A DNA stretch of 32,000 nt from Akkermansia muciniphila ATCC BAA-835 (GCF_000020225.1 NC_010655.1:120001-152000), one strand, 5' to 3'; counted from the stretch's first letter, positions 16,322 through 24,851 are shown. Translations and numbers: made by a program. Notes: generated by a model from the sequence alone, not told the origin.

Positions 16322-17662
16322 TTATTTGGCAGTTACGGAAGGAGTGGTGGAAACAGGGGCGGTATAGATGAAGGGAACGGGGACAACCGTCCCGAACCCT
16401 TCCGTGGCACCATGTTCCCGCATCAGGCTGTTCGCCTTGGAATACTGGGCGGCCATCATGCCGCCTTCCACAATGACGGGAGCATCCGCCGGCTTTCCGA
16501 ATCCTATTTCCTTCAGAGATTCCGGAATGGGCTTGACCGTTCCCGTCACTATCTGCATCAGCATGGGGGCCGTTCCGCCCTTGCCGTCAGGCATGTCAAG
16601 GACTACGGTTTCCCCCGGCTGCACGTCAATGCGGCGCGGCGTCCCGTCCGGAGCCACCACCATGATGTTGCGGTGGTTCATGGAAGAAAGCAGGGCGCGG
16701 GCGGGAACCAGCAAGGCATCCTTCTCCGTACCCGTCACGGCGCGCACGCGCACCGCCATTCCGGAACGCAGTTTCAGATCCGGATTGGGAATATGGCCGA
16801 TGAAATTGACGGTGCCCGTCGAACGGCTCACCTCGCTGTCCACGGAAACCACCTTCCCCTTCTTTTCAAAGACGGAGCCGTCTTCCAGAATCAGTTCAAA
16901 ATCCGGCATGTCTCCCATGCGCCCGGTTTTCACATTCACGGTTCCATCCATCAGACGGCTGAGAACCTGTTTTCCCGTCACGGAAAAATCCACCCGGATG
17001 GGGTCGATGGAAGACATGGTAGTGAGCGGCGAGCCGCTGGCGGAAATCAGTTCCCCCACGCTGGCCGTCGCCTTGGAAGCCAGTCCCCGGAACGGCGCGC
17101 GTACTTTGGTGCGGTCCAGATTGATCCGGGCGTTTTCCAGGGAGGCTTCCGCCTGCTTGATGCCCGCTTCCGCCTCTTCCAGAGCAGCCTGCATCTCCTT
17201 AAGGTTCTGTTGCGCGTCCGTCAGGTTCTTGACGGAAATAGCCCCCGTCCTGATCAGTTTGTCATAGCGGTCCAAATCCTTCTGCACCCTGTTCAGAGAA
17301 GCTTCCGCCTGAAGTTTGACGGCACGAGCCGTAGCCAGGTTGGCCGCCTCCCTGTCCACGGCGGCCTGATAGGTAGCCGGGTCAATTTCAAAGAGCAGTT
17401 CTCCCTTGTTGCAAATGGAGCCGTCCCAGTAAACCTGGCGTATCAGCGTTCCGGAAACTTGCGGCCTGATGTCCGCCTGCTCCACCCCGCGCAAATGGCC
17501 GAACCAGGAAGATTTCAACTCCACCGTTCTCTGCTCCATATTCATCACGGAAACCTTGAGCGGAGGCATTTCCCTCCGGTTTGCAGCATCCGCAGCGCCG
17601 TTGTCTTCCCGGCACCCTGCCAGCCCGCACAGGGCCGCTATCAGTATATAGTGTGCTTTCAT
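16322..17662 (-). CDS. RND efflux periplasmic adaptor lipoprotein (AcrA/MexA-type)
   Basis: MKAHYILIAALCGLAGC carries a lipobox, followed by the HlyD_D23-type coiled coil and barrel (RAPFRGL, DRYDKL). I chose the start at ATG 17662 so that the signal peptide is N-terminal. The stop lies 3 nt before the pump start. Confidence 0.9.
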   Translation of the reverse strand: MKAHYILIAALCGLAGCREDNGAADAANRREMPPLKVSVMNMEQRTVELKSSWFGHLRGVEQADIRPQVSGTLIRQVYWDGSICNKGELLFEIDPATYQAAVDREAANLATARAVKLQAEASLNRVQKDLDRYDKLIRTGAISVKNLTDAQQNLKEMQAALEEAEAGIKQAEASLENARINLDRTKVRAPFRGLASKATASVGELISASGSPLTTMSSIDPIRVDFSVTGKQVLSRLMDGTVNVKTGRMGDMPDFELILEDGSVFEKKGKVVSVDSEVSRSTGTVNFIGHIPNPDLKLRSGMAVRVRAVTGTEKDALLVPARALLSSMNHRNIMVVAPDGTPRRIDVQPGETVVLDMPDGKGGTAPMLMQIVTGTVKPIPESLKEIGFGKPADAPVIVEGGMMAAQYSKANSLMREHGATEGFGTVVPVPFIYTAPVSTTPSVTAK

Positions 17663-17683
17663 GTTGTTGGTTAACAATATTAT

Positions 17684-17697
17684 TGAAGCATGCTTCA
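17684..17697. promoter_or_regulatory. Perfect 14-bp palindrome TGAAGCATGCTTCA between marR and the RND adaptor gene (candidate MarR operator)
   Basis: It is an exact inverted repeat, and an identical copy lies at 18174-18187. On the minus strand it sits between TTGGAA and ATAATA/TAATAT hexamers, 22 nt upstream of the adaptor ATG. Confidence 0.6.
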
Positions 17698-17740
17698 TAT
17701 TTTTCCAAACCCGTTCCCCGGAAAAAAGCACGGGCTTTTA

Positions 17741-18166
17741 TTATTTGAGATTGTCGTACATGCGCCGGAGCAGATCCCTCAGCATGCTGCGGCTTTCCTC
17801 CGGCACCCCGTCCAGCAGCGTATTTTCAATCACTCCTATCTGCTGGCAAATGGACTCATGAACTCCCCGGCTCATATCCGTCAGGTACACATTCTTCAGC
17901 CGTCCGTCTTCACTGTCAAAAGCCGTGGTTACCCAGCCCTTCTGTTCCAGCCTCTGGACAATTCCCTTGGCCGTGGTATGGGAGACTCCCAAATGCCGCT
18001 CTATGTCCCTCTGGGAGACGTTTTCTCCGTCACGGGACATCAGGTAAGCCAGCACCCGGCCCTGGGAGGCCGTAACACGCTCCAGAGTCAAGCCGCGCGT
18101 AAGCATCATATCCACGCGGTCCGTAATCATTTTCATCAAAAACGAAATCGTAAAAGGGTCGGCCAT
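17741..18166 (-). CDS. MarR-family transcriptional regulator
   Basis: Winged-helix MarR pattern (LTASQGRVLAYL...SQRDIERHLGVSHTTAKGIVQRLEQKGWV...DGRLKNVYLT). It lies directly upstream of, and co-directional with, the RND genes. Start is ATG 18166 (MADPF) or ATG 18181. Confidence 0.88.
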   Translation of the reverse strand: MADPFTISFLMKMITDRVDMMLTRGLTLERVTASQGRVLAYLMSRDGENVSQRDIERHLGVSHTTAKGIVQRLEQKGWVTTAFDSEDGRLKNVYLTDMSRGVHESICQQIGVIENTLLDGVPEESRSMLRDLLRRMYDNLK

Positions 18167-18173
18167 AAAACAA

Positions 18174-18187
18174 TGAAGCATGCTTCA
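18174..18187. promoter_or_regulatory. Second identical copy of the palindrome TGAAGCATGCTTCA, at the marR 5' end (candidate autoregulatory operator)
   Basis: Exact 14/14 match to 17684-17697. It lies 8 nt upstream of ATG 18166. On the minus strand a TTGACT hexamer (complement of 18223-18228) lies about 35 nt upstream of it. Confidence 0.6.
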
Positions 18188-18286
18188 AAAATGTACCGAT
18201 AGGTACTCTTTATCCGGACGCAAGTCAAGCGGAATCAGAATGACAGAGCGCGTGAAAAACACGTTGGCCTCACCAGTAAAAATAAA

Positions 18287-18973
18287 TCAAAGGCCGGAAC
18301 CGCTTCGCCTCCTTTCCAGGGACAATACGCACAGCCGCTTTCCCTCTACCTTGAATTTCACCTCCCAGCCAGAGAACAAAAGGCCGTAAACCCGTTCCGG
18401 ATCATCCTGATACTGGGGACGGGGATCCAGGGACAGCGTATCTTCCAGTGCACTCCTCTCTTCCGGAGACATGGAATCGCCAAAAGATTCGGGAATTTCC
18501 ACATCCAGCCGTTCATAGGGGACAGCCGTAAACCCTTCCGACGCCTCCGGAATGCAGTCCGCCAGAGGAACATAGGGCTTGATATCCAGAATGGGGGTGC
18601 CATCCACCAAATCCACGCCGGAAAGATGCAATACCGGGCCGTCCAGAGGATGCAATTCCACCCGTTCCAGCCTGACGGCAGACAACCCGATGGGATTGGG
18701 ACGGAACGGCGCACGCGTGGCGAACACCCCCATGCGCACATTGCCCCCCAGCCGCGGAGGCCGGACCGTAGGGCTCCACCCCTTATCCACGTTTTCACTG
18801 AACACCCAGACCAGCCACAGATGGGAAAACCCTTCCAGACCACGAACGGCATCCGGATGGCGGAACGGCGGCTCAAATACCAGCCGCGCCCGCGCATCCG
18901 GAACCAGGCCGCTCTGGCGCGGCGCACCGAATTTGTCCGGATAACACGTGCTGACGCGGGCGACGGGCTGCAA
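18287..18973 (-). CDS. trmO: tRNA (N6-threonylcarbamoyladenosine(37)-N6)-methyltransferase TrmO (TsaA/YaeB family)
   Basis: FGAPRQSG, LEGFSHLWLVWVF, PPRLGG, GVFATRAPFRPNPIGLS and DGTPILDIKPYVP are all TsaA/YaeB hallmarks. Apparent TTG start. Confidence 0.88.
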   Translation of the reverse strand: MQPVARVSTCYPDKFGAPRQSGLVPDARARLVFEPPFRHPDAVRGLEGFSHLWLVWVFSENVDKGWSPTVRPPRLGGNVRMGVFATRAPFRPNPIGLSAVRLERVELHPLDGPVLHLSGVDLVDGTPILDIKPYVPLADCIPEASEGFTAVPYERLDVEIPESFGDSMSPEERSALEDTLSLDPRPQYQDDPERVYGLLFSGWEVKFKVEGKRLCVLSLERRRSGSGL

Positions 18974-19029
18974 GCGGAGACTGATAGTTAATAATTAATA
19001 GCTGCCGGCCTTTCTCCGTGACGCTTTCA

Positions 19030-20304
19030 TCAGAAGCGGTGGAGCTGTTCTCCGAACACCACGGCATCCACTTTTCCCTTCAAGGTCTTGCCCAGGAATG
19101 GAGTGTTGCGGGCGCGGCTGCGGAGCGTTTCATCCGTGACGGGCGTTTCTCCTTCCGGGTCAAACACCACCAGATTGGCCGGAGCCCCTTCTTCCAGGGA
19201 GACGGGGGCCAGCCCCATCAGCCTGCGGGGAGCATCGCTGCAGGCGCGCACCACCGTCTGCCAGGACATTTTTCCAGGTTCCACCAGATACTGGTAAATA
19301 GCGGGCAGGAACGTATCCAGCGCAATCATGCCCTGCGGGGCGACAACGAAATCCTGAAGTTTGGAAAACGGCGTGCAGGGCGTGTGATCGGAAACAATGC
19401 AGTCAATGGTGCCGTCATTCACGGCGGCAATCAGGGCATCCACATCCGACTGGTCGCGCAGGGGCGGCAGCGTCTTGTAGCAGGTATCGTACCGGCCCAC
19501 GTCCTCATGCGTGAACAGGAGATGGTGAAGCGCCGCTTCCGCGCTCAACCCGGCGGTTTTCTGCTTGCAGCGGCGCAGGATATCCACGCTGCCGGCCGTA
19601 GAGACGGTCTGCACATGCAGGGAGTTGCCCGTATCCACGGAAAGGCGGATGATGGTTTCCAGCCCTATTTCCTCCGCACAGGAGGGGGAGCCCATCAACC
19701 CCAGACGGTAGGAAGTAGTGCCCGGGTGCATGGCCGCCCTGGCCGTCAGGGACGGCACGTCTCCGCGCAGGGCGAAAGTAAGGTTCAAATTGCTGGCGTA
19801 CTGCATGGCGCGGTACAGCAGCAGCATGTTGTCCGGCGCACGGTCCCCGTCCGTGATGAAACGGACGCCCTTGGCGCGCAGGGAGTCGTAGGAGGCCTGC
19901 TCTTCCCCGCCGTCCCCCTTGGTCAGGCACCCGGAGGGGATAACCTCCACCAGAGCATCCGTCCGGCATATTTCCATGAACGTGGTAATCTGGGCGGCAT
20001 TGTCCATCACGGGTTCGGTATCCGGCATCGCCATCAGTCCGGTCACTCCTCCATGCAGGGCGGCGGCGGTAGCCGTAGCCACACGTTCCTTGTCCTCCCG
20101 GCCGGGCTGGCACAAATGGGCATGGATGTCGAACAGGCCGGGCAGAACAAGCTTCCCGGAAGCATCCAGCGCCTTTTCCGCGGCGCTCTCCAAAAGCGTT
20201 CCGGCAGGAGCTTTCGCTGTAATCACCCCCCCGGAAACCAGAAGGTCCGCCGGGGCGGAACCGTCCGTCAGCCGGGCGTTGCGAATAAGTACGGAAGTTT
20301 TCAT
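19030..20304 (-). CDS. pyrC: Dihydroorotase
   Basis: Amidohydrolase metal ligands DIHAHL...PG and VSDHTPC. Full-length similarity to the allantoinase/DHOase class and its position after pyrB support the call. I place the start at ATG 20304; the track start at 20310 is a TTG abutting the pyrB stop. Confidence 0.88.
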   Translation of the reverse strand: MKTSVLIRNARLTDGSAPADLLVSGGVITAKAPAGTLLESAAEKALDASGKLVLPGLFDIHAHLCQPGREDKERVATATAAALHGGVTGLMAMPDTEPVMDNAAQITTFMEICRTDALVEVIPSGCLTKGDGGEEQASYDSLRAKGVRFITDGDRAPDNMLLLYRAMQYASNLNLTFALRGDVPSLTARAAMHPGTTSYRLGLMGSPSCAEEIGLETIIRLSVDTGNSLHVQTVSTAGSVDILRRCKQKTAGLSAEAALHHLLFTHEDVGRYDTCYKTLPPLRDQSDVDALIAAVNDGTIDCIVSDHTPCTPFSKLQDFVVAPQGMIALDTFLPAIYQYLVEPGKMSWQTVVRACSDAPRRLMGLAPVSLEEGAPANLVVFDPEGETPVTDETLRSRARNTPFLGKTLKGKVDAVVFGEQLHRF

Positions 20305-20310
20305 GAACAA

Positions 20311-21240
20311 TCAGTGCTGGGTTTGCGGAGTGAGATGGTAAAGGATGGACATGCGGCAGGCGATGCCGTTTTCCACCTGGCGGTTGATCAGGCAGCGCTC
20401 ATAGTCCATCGCCAGGTCACAGATTTCCACGCCGCGGTTGACCGGCCCCGGATGCATGATGTACAGGCCTTCACCGGAAATGCGCTTCAGGCGTTCTTCC
20501 GTGACGCCGTAAATCTTGTTGTACTCCCGGGCGCTGGGGAAGAAAGGGGCGTCCTGCCGCTCTTTTTGAACGCGCAGCAGGTAAATTACGTCCGGCTTCC
20601 AGGCAAACGCCTCATTGAAATCGGAAAAACGGGGAATGCCGGAATGTTCGGTACGCGGCACCAGGGAACCCGGCCCCAGGAAGGCGACCTCCATCCCCAG
20701 CCTCTTCATCAGCAGGGAGGTGGAACGGGCCACGCGGGAATGCAGGATGTCCCCCACAATCAGAACGCGCTTTCCCCTCACATCCGGAAACACCTCCCGG
20801 ATGGTAAAGGAATCCAGCAGCGCCTGAGAGGGATGGGCGTGGGCTCCGTCCCCGGCGTTCACCACACTGGCGCAGGTATGGCGCGCAATCACGTTCGGCA
20901 AGCCGCTGTTGTAATGGCGCACGATTACATAATCCACTTTCATGGCCTGGAGCGTGGCGATCGTGTCCTGTACGGATTCCCCTTTCACCACGGAAGAGGT
21001 GGACACCGTGAAATTGGTCACGTCCGCAGACAGGCGTTCCGCCGCTACCTCAAAAGAGGAACGGGTGCGGGTGCTGGGTTCATAAAAAAGCGTCAGAACG
21101 GACTTGCCTTTCAGGGCGGGCACCTTTTTGACGCTTTTGGTAAAAAGCTCCTTCATCGGGCCGGCCGAATCCAGCAGCGTGTGAATTTCCTCGTCAGTCA
21201 ATGAGGAGATATTAAGAAGATCCTTGCGGGGATGATTCAT
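20311..21240 (-). CDS. pyrB: Aspartate carbamoyltransferase catalytic subunit
   Basis: STRTR (carbamoyl-phosphate site), HPSQ and HPGPVNRG motifs. Length is 309 aa. Confidence 0.93.
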   Translation of the reverse strand: MNHPRKDLLNISSLTDEEIHTLLDSAGPMKELFTKSVKKVPALKGKSVLTLFYEPSTRTRSSFEVAAERLSADVTNFTVSTSSVVKGESVQDTIATLQAMKVDYVIVRHYNSGLPNVIARHTCASVVNAGDGAHAHPSQALLDSFTIREVFPDVRGKRVLIVGDILHSRVARSTSLLMKRLGMEVAFLGPGSLVPRTEHSGIPRFSDFNEAFAWKPDVIYLLRVQKERQDAPFFPSAREYNKIYGVTEERLKRISGEGLYIMHPGPVNRGVEICDLAMDYERCLINRQVENGIACRMSILYHLTPQTQH

Positions 21241-21268
21241 GGGAAACGGAGAATGGATTGGGAAATTT

Positions 21269-21802
21269 TCAGTGGGAGGGAATGACCACGCTGTCCTCGC
21301 CGTCAGCCTCCTTCATGCTTACGATGACCTTGGCTCCGGCATGGTCCAGCACGTGCCCCGTATAATCCGGCTGGATGGGAACTTCCCGCCCGCCGCGGTC
21401 AATCAGGCACGCCAGTTCAATACGGGCTGGACGGCCGTAGTCGAAAAGGGCGTTCAGGGCTGCACGTATGGTGCGCCCCGTATAAAGGACGTCGTCCACC
21501 AGCACGACCCTCATGTCATCCGTGGAAAACGGCAAATTGGAGGAACGGAGGGAAGGCCGGGCTTCCAGCTTGAAGATGTCATCCCGGTACAGGGAAATAT
21601 CAATAGAGCCGTACTGGGCTTCCACTCCCAGCTCCTTTACCTTGTCCACCAGACGCCGGGCAATCACATCCCCCTGGCTGAGCAGGCCGACGATGGCGAG
21701 AGGTTCTCCGGGGAAACGGGCCACAATGCCGTGGGCCATGCGCTCAAGCGCACGGGAAATTCCCGGACCGTCCAATACGATTTCCTGTGAAGGAGGAGTC
21801 AT
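21269..21802 (-). CDS. pyrR: PyrR: bifunctional pyr mRNA-binding regulator / uracil phosphoribosyltransferase
   Basis: 177 aa. The PRPP-binding loop is VVLVDDVLYTGRTIRAAL, and the N-terminal PyrR-type segment is LERMAHGIV. Confidence 0.88.
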   Translation of the reverse strand: MTPPSQEIVLDGPGISRALERMAHGIVARFPGEPLAIVGLLSQGDVIARRLVDKVKELGVEAQYGSIDISLYRDDIFKLEARPSLRSSNLPFSTDDMRVVLVDDVLYTGRTIRAALNALFDYGRPARIELACLIDRGGREVPIQPDYTGHVLDHAGAKVIVSMKEADGEDSVVIPSH

Positions 21803-21828
21803 TTGCCGGATGGGGGAAAAAGTTCACG

Positions 21829-22239
21829 TTACAGCCCCGCCAGTTTTAAAATGCGGTGGGCGGCCATGGCGGCATTGACGGGGGTTTTCTTATGCAAGCC
21901 AACCGTAGTGCAGGGCACGCCGCCGGGACACTGGGCAATCGCCAGCAGGGCGTCAATGCCGTTCAGGGGGCCTCCGGGGACCGGCACGCCGATAACCGGG
22001 AGGGAACAGCTCATCACCACCACGCCGGGAAGGGCGGCGGACAGGCCGGCCACAGCCAGGATAACCGCTTTTTCTCCGCTGGCTTCCAAATCCCCCAGGA
22101 ACCTGATCAGCTCCGGAAGGTCGCGGTGGGCGGACAGAACGGTTTCTTCATAAGGAACATTCTCCTGAGCAAAATACTCGCGGGCCGGTTCCATAAAGGG
22201 CTTATCATTCGGGCTGCCGTAGATGACGATGACTTTCAT
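21829..22239 (-). CDS. purE: PurE (AIR carboxylase) family protein, short and somewhat divergent
   Basis: Colinear with PurE through GS(P)ND, SAHRDLP, PVIGVPV and AQCPGGVPCTTVG. It is only 136 aa, and the usual GGAAHLPG segment reads AGLSAALPG (no His). Family assignment is firm; the exact activity is less so. Confidence 0.75.
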   Translation of the reverse strand: MKVIVIYGSPNDKPFMEPAREYFAQENVPYEETVLSAHRDLPELIRFLGDLEASGEKAVILAVAGLSAALPGVVVMSCSLPVIGVPVPGGPLNGIDALLAIAQCPGGVPCTTVGLHKKTPVNAAMAAHRILKLAGL

Positions 22240-22268
22240 GGCTGTGTGTGCGGTTGTGAAACTTGCAG

Positions 22269-22298
22269 ATTATGCCCCCAAGCCCCCTGCCCTGGCAA
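22269..22298 (-). promoter_or_regulatory. Sigma70-like promoter candidate upstream of purE
   Basis: The minus strand reads TTGCCA-N18-CATAAT and ends about 29 nt upstream of the purE ATG. This is a pattern match only. Confidence 0.3.
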
Positions 22299-22403
22299 GA
22301 CTTAACCTGCAAAAAAAGGAAGGCCCCGGGTGGAAATGGACAACGGGAGAAAGGAAACACAGGAGTTCCGGAACCGTTCCGGGAAATTGGCCCGGCATCC
22401 CGG

Positions 22404-23018
22404 TCATTCCTCCAACCCAGATTCGCCCATCCCTCCGCCCTCTCCGGGAACCTTCAGTTTTCCGGAGAGGATATCCTTCCTGATACGGTAAAGAGCCTTC
22501 AACCTTTCCTTATCATCCAATCCTTCCGTTTCCCGCATCAGGTATAAAGAAAACTGTACGGAACAATTCTCCAGCCGATATTTTTCCAGAATGCTCCCCC
22601 CCATTTTCATGTATTGGCCTCCGTACTTTCCGTAAGCGTTCTGAATTTCATCGGCAGTCATCTTCTCTCTTTCCACCCGTTCCAGCAATTTCCCGGACTC
22701 CCTAATCATCTTCAGATGCATGGCGCGGTAATCGGAAGGGCATTTATCCAGAATCCCAGCCCATTCGGGAGATTGAATATATTTCAGCGTGGCCACCAGC
22801 ACCGCACGATTATCCTTTTCCTCCAACTCCACAATGCACATCCAAATAATGCCCAGCTGCAAATGCCTGGCCATGGCCTCCCTGTACGCCGCTATTTTCT
22901 TTTCATCCTCCATTTCCAAATCCACATTAGCCATGGAGGGCGCCGCTATATCCTGGGACATGCCGGAAAAAGTCATCAAAAACGCAGGGAGAATTCCCCA
23001 CCGGAACAGATTTGACAT
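22404..23018 (-). CDS. Hypothetical exported protein (orphan, predicted all-helical)
   Basis: 204-aa ORF with an N-terminal signal-like segment (MSNLFRWGILPAFLMTFSGMS). I recognise no motif. G+C is lower than in its neighbours. Confidence 0.6.
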   Translation of the reverse strand: MSNLFRWGILPAFLMTFSGMSQDIAAPSMANVDLEMEDEKKIAAYREAMARHLQLGIIWMCIVELEEKDNRAVLVATLKYIQSPEWAGILDKCPSDYRAMHLKMIRESGKLLERVEREKMTADEIQNAYGKYGGQYMKMGGSILEKYRLENCSVQFSLYLMRETEGLDDKERLKALYRIRKDILSGKLKVPGEGGGMGESGLEE

Positions 23019-23258
23019 GGAACCACGTTACAGGAATCTTTTGCGCAGGGTCAACAATATTCTTCCCTTCCGCCGCATCCCGCAGCATTGACGGCCGCCG
23101 CCACGGCGGACTGTCTTTCCTTCCCGGGAAAAACAAGCCTGCCCCCATTCCCGGCTTGATGGCATCCGGTTCCGGCATAACAAGGCTCGCAGGGGCGTAT
23201 CTTCATCCAGAAACGCAGAAAAACTGCATCGCTCCGGCGGCCGGACGCTTGAAAAAAC

Positions 23259-24851
23259 CTAGCGGGTCGCCTGCTGCGCCATGGCCTCCGCACAACGGCG
23301 TCCGTCCAGGGCGGCGGAAACAATGCCGCCGGCGTAACCCGCCCCTTCGCCGCATGGGTACAGGCCCTCCAGACCGGGATGCTCCAGCGTGGCGGGGTCC
23401 CTTGGAATGCGCACGGGGGAGCTGGTGCGCGTCTCACAGCCAATGAGCTGGGCGTCCGCTCCGGCGAATCCCCGCCATTTACGGTCAAACTGCCGCAGCC
23501 CCTCCCGCATGCGCCAGACAATCCCTTCCGGGAGCAATTCATGAAGGGGATGGGATACGATGCCGGGATGATAGCTGGTAGGCAGCAGGGAAGAAGAAAC
23601 GCGCCCTTTCAGAAAATCCTCCACCTTCTGGGCCGGGGCTTTCTGCATGCCTCCTCCGGCACGGCAGGAAGCCGTCTCCAGCGCTTTCTGGTACGCCACG
23701 CCCGCCAGCACCCCGTGTTCCCTGCAAAACGGTTCCGTATCTTCCGTATGCACGCTGACTACAAAACCGGCATTGGCAAATGGAGAATCCCTCCGGGCCA
23801 GAGACATGCCGTTGACCACTACCTCATCGTTCTCCGTGGCGGCGGGCACGATGAAGCCGCCGGGACACATGCAGAAGGAATGGACGCCGCGGTCCTGGAT
23901 GGTGGTCGTCACGGAATAACGGGCTGCCGGAAGCTGCTCCGGGCGCCTCTGCTCCGGATTCAGGTGGTACTGGCGCGCATCAACAAACGCCTGGGGATGC
24001 TCAATGCGCACACCCACGGCAAAGGATTTCTGTTCCAGAGCCAGCCTCTCCGCCAGCATCATGCGGTACACGTCCCGGGCACTGTGCCCGGTAGCCAGCA
24101 AAACGGAATCCGCCGCAAATTCCCGGCCATCCGCGCAGGCCACGCCGCGTATGCGGCGGCCGTCCGCAGAACGGAGCAGATGCTCCACACGGGCATTGAA
24201 ATGAATTTCCCCGCCCGCGCGAAGGATGGATTCCCTGATGGCTTTGACAACATTGGGCAACAGATTGGAGCCGATATGCGGGTGGGCGTCCGTTAAAATT
24301 TCCCTGGGCGCTCCGTGGGCTACAAAAATCTCGTAAACCTCCCGGACGGGGCCTCTCTTGGTGGCGCGCGTAAACAGCTTCCCGTCGGAAAACGTGCCTG
24401 CCCCTCCCTCTCCAAAACAGTAATTGGAATCCTCCATCACCGTGCCGCGGCGCAGGATGGGAGCCAGGTCAAACCGGCGGGAGGAAACATCCTTCCCCCG
24501 TTCCAGAACCACAGGCTTCATACCCAGTTCCAAACAGCGGAGCGCGGCGAACATCCCGGCCGGTCCGAATCCAACGATCAGCGCCACGGGGGAGCCGGGA
24601 CGGACGGACGGATAATCCCGGGAGGGAAGACGTTCCGGCGGCAGCGGGCTATCCACCCCGACCAGCAGCCGAAGCTGGAAGAGAATTTTTTTCTGCCGGG
24701 AGTCAATGGACTCCTTCACCAGCCGCACATCTTTGATACGGGAGGGGGAAATACCCAGCTTCCGCGCCACGGCAGCGCGGCGCACGCGCTCGCTGCCGGC
24801 CTTTTCCATCGGCAGAATCACATCCACCGTTATTCCTTCCCCTCCGCTCAC
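23259..24851 (-). CDS. NAD(P)/FAD-dependent oxidoreductase (COG2509-type uncharacterised FAD protein)
   Basis: Dinucleotide fold IVGFGPAGMFAAL. Family-typical segments HSFCMCPGGFIV, NGMS and YPCGEGAGYAGGIVSAALDG are present. I place the start at GTG 24851, which overlaps the aguA stop as GTGA. ATG 24809 is an alternative. Confidence 0.8.
   Translation of the reverse strand: MSGGEGITVDVILPMEKAGSERVRRAAVARKLGISPSRIKDVRLVKESIDSRQKKILFQLRLLVGVDSPLPPERLPSRDYPSVRPGSPVALIVGFGPAGMFAALRCLELGMKPVVLERGKDVSSRRFDLAPILRRGTVMEDSNYCFGEGGAGTFSDGKLFTRATKRGPVREVYEIFVAHGAPREILTDAHPHIGSNLLPNVVKAIRESILRAGGEIHFNARVEHLLRSADGRRIRGVACADGREFAADSVLLATGHSARDVYRMMLAERLALEQKSFAVGVRIEHPQAFVDARQYHLNPEQRRPEQLPAARYSVTTTIQDRGVHSFCMCPGGFIVPAATENDEVVVNGMSLARRDSPFANAGFVVSVHTEDTEPFCREHGVLAGVAYQKALETASCRAGGGMQKAPAQKVEDFLKGRVSSSLLPTSYHPGIVSHPLHELLPEGIVWRMREGLRQFDRKWRGFAGADAQLIGCETRTSSPVRIPRDPATLEHPGLEGLYPCGEGAGYAGGIVSAALDGRRCAEAMAQQATR

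Noticed and set aside
14786-17674. Very long antisense ORFs: 962 aa opposite the RND pump and adaptor. Others are 19018-21204 (728 aa), 29393-31021 (542 aa), 4118-5686 (522 aa), 10308-11750 (480 aa), 8403-9710 (435 aa), 6673-7902 (409 aa), 11995-13137 (380 aa) and 28386-29393 (335 aa).
   Set aside because: Their translations are low-complexity (Gly/Arg/His/Pro-rich) with no motifs. For the two I checked, the frame is codon-aligned with the sense genes. The 14786 ORF and the pump and adaptor triplets all start at positions equal to 2 mod 3. The 19018 ORF and the pyrC and pyrB triplets all start at positions equal to 1 mod 3. In that frame, antisense stops arise only from the sense codons TTA, CTA and TCA, which these genes avoid. 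The ORFs are therefore a codon-bias artefact rather than overlapping genes.
22250-22300. A possible PyrR-binding hairpin in the purE leader (UUGCCAGGGCAGGGGGCUUGG).
   Set aside because: It does not reproduce the conserved UCCAGAGAGGCU loop, and I could not draw an anti-terminator/terminator alternative around it.
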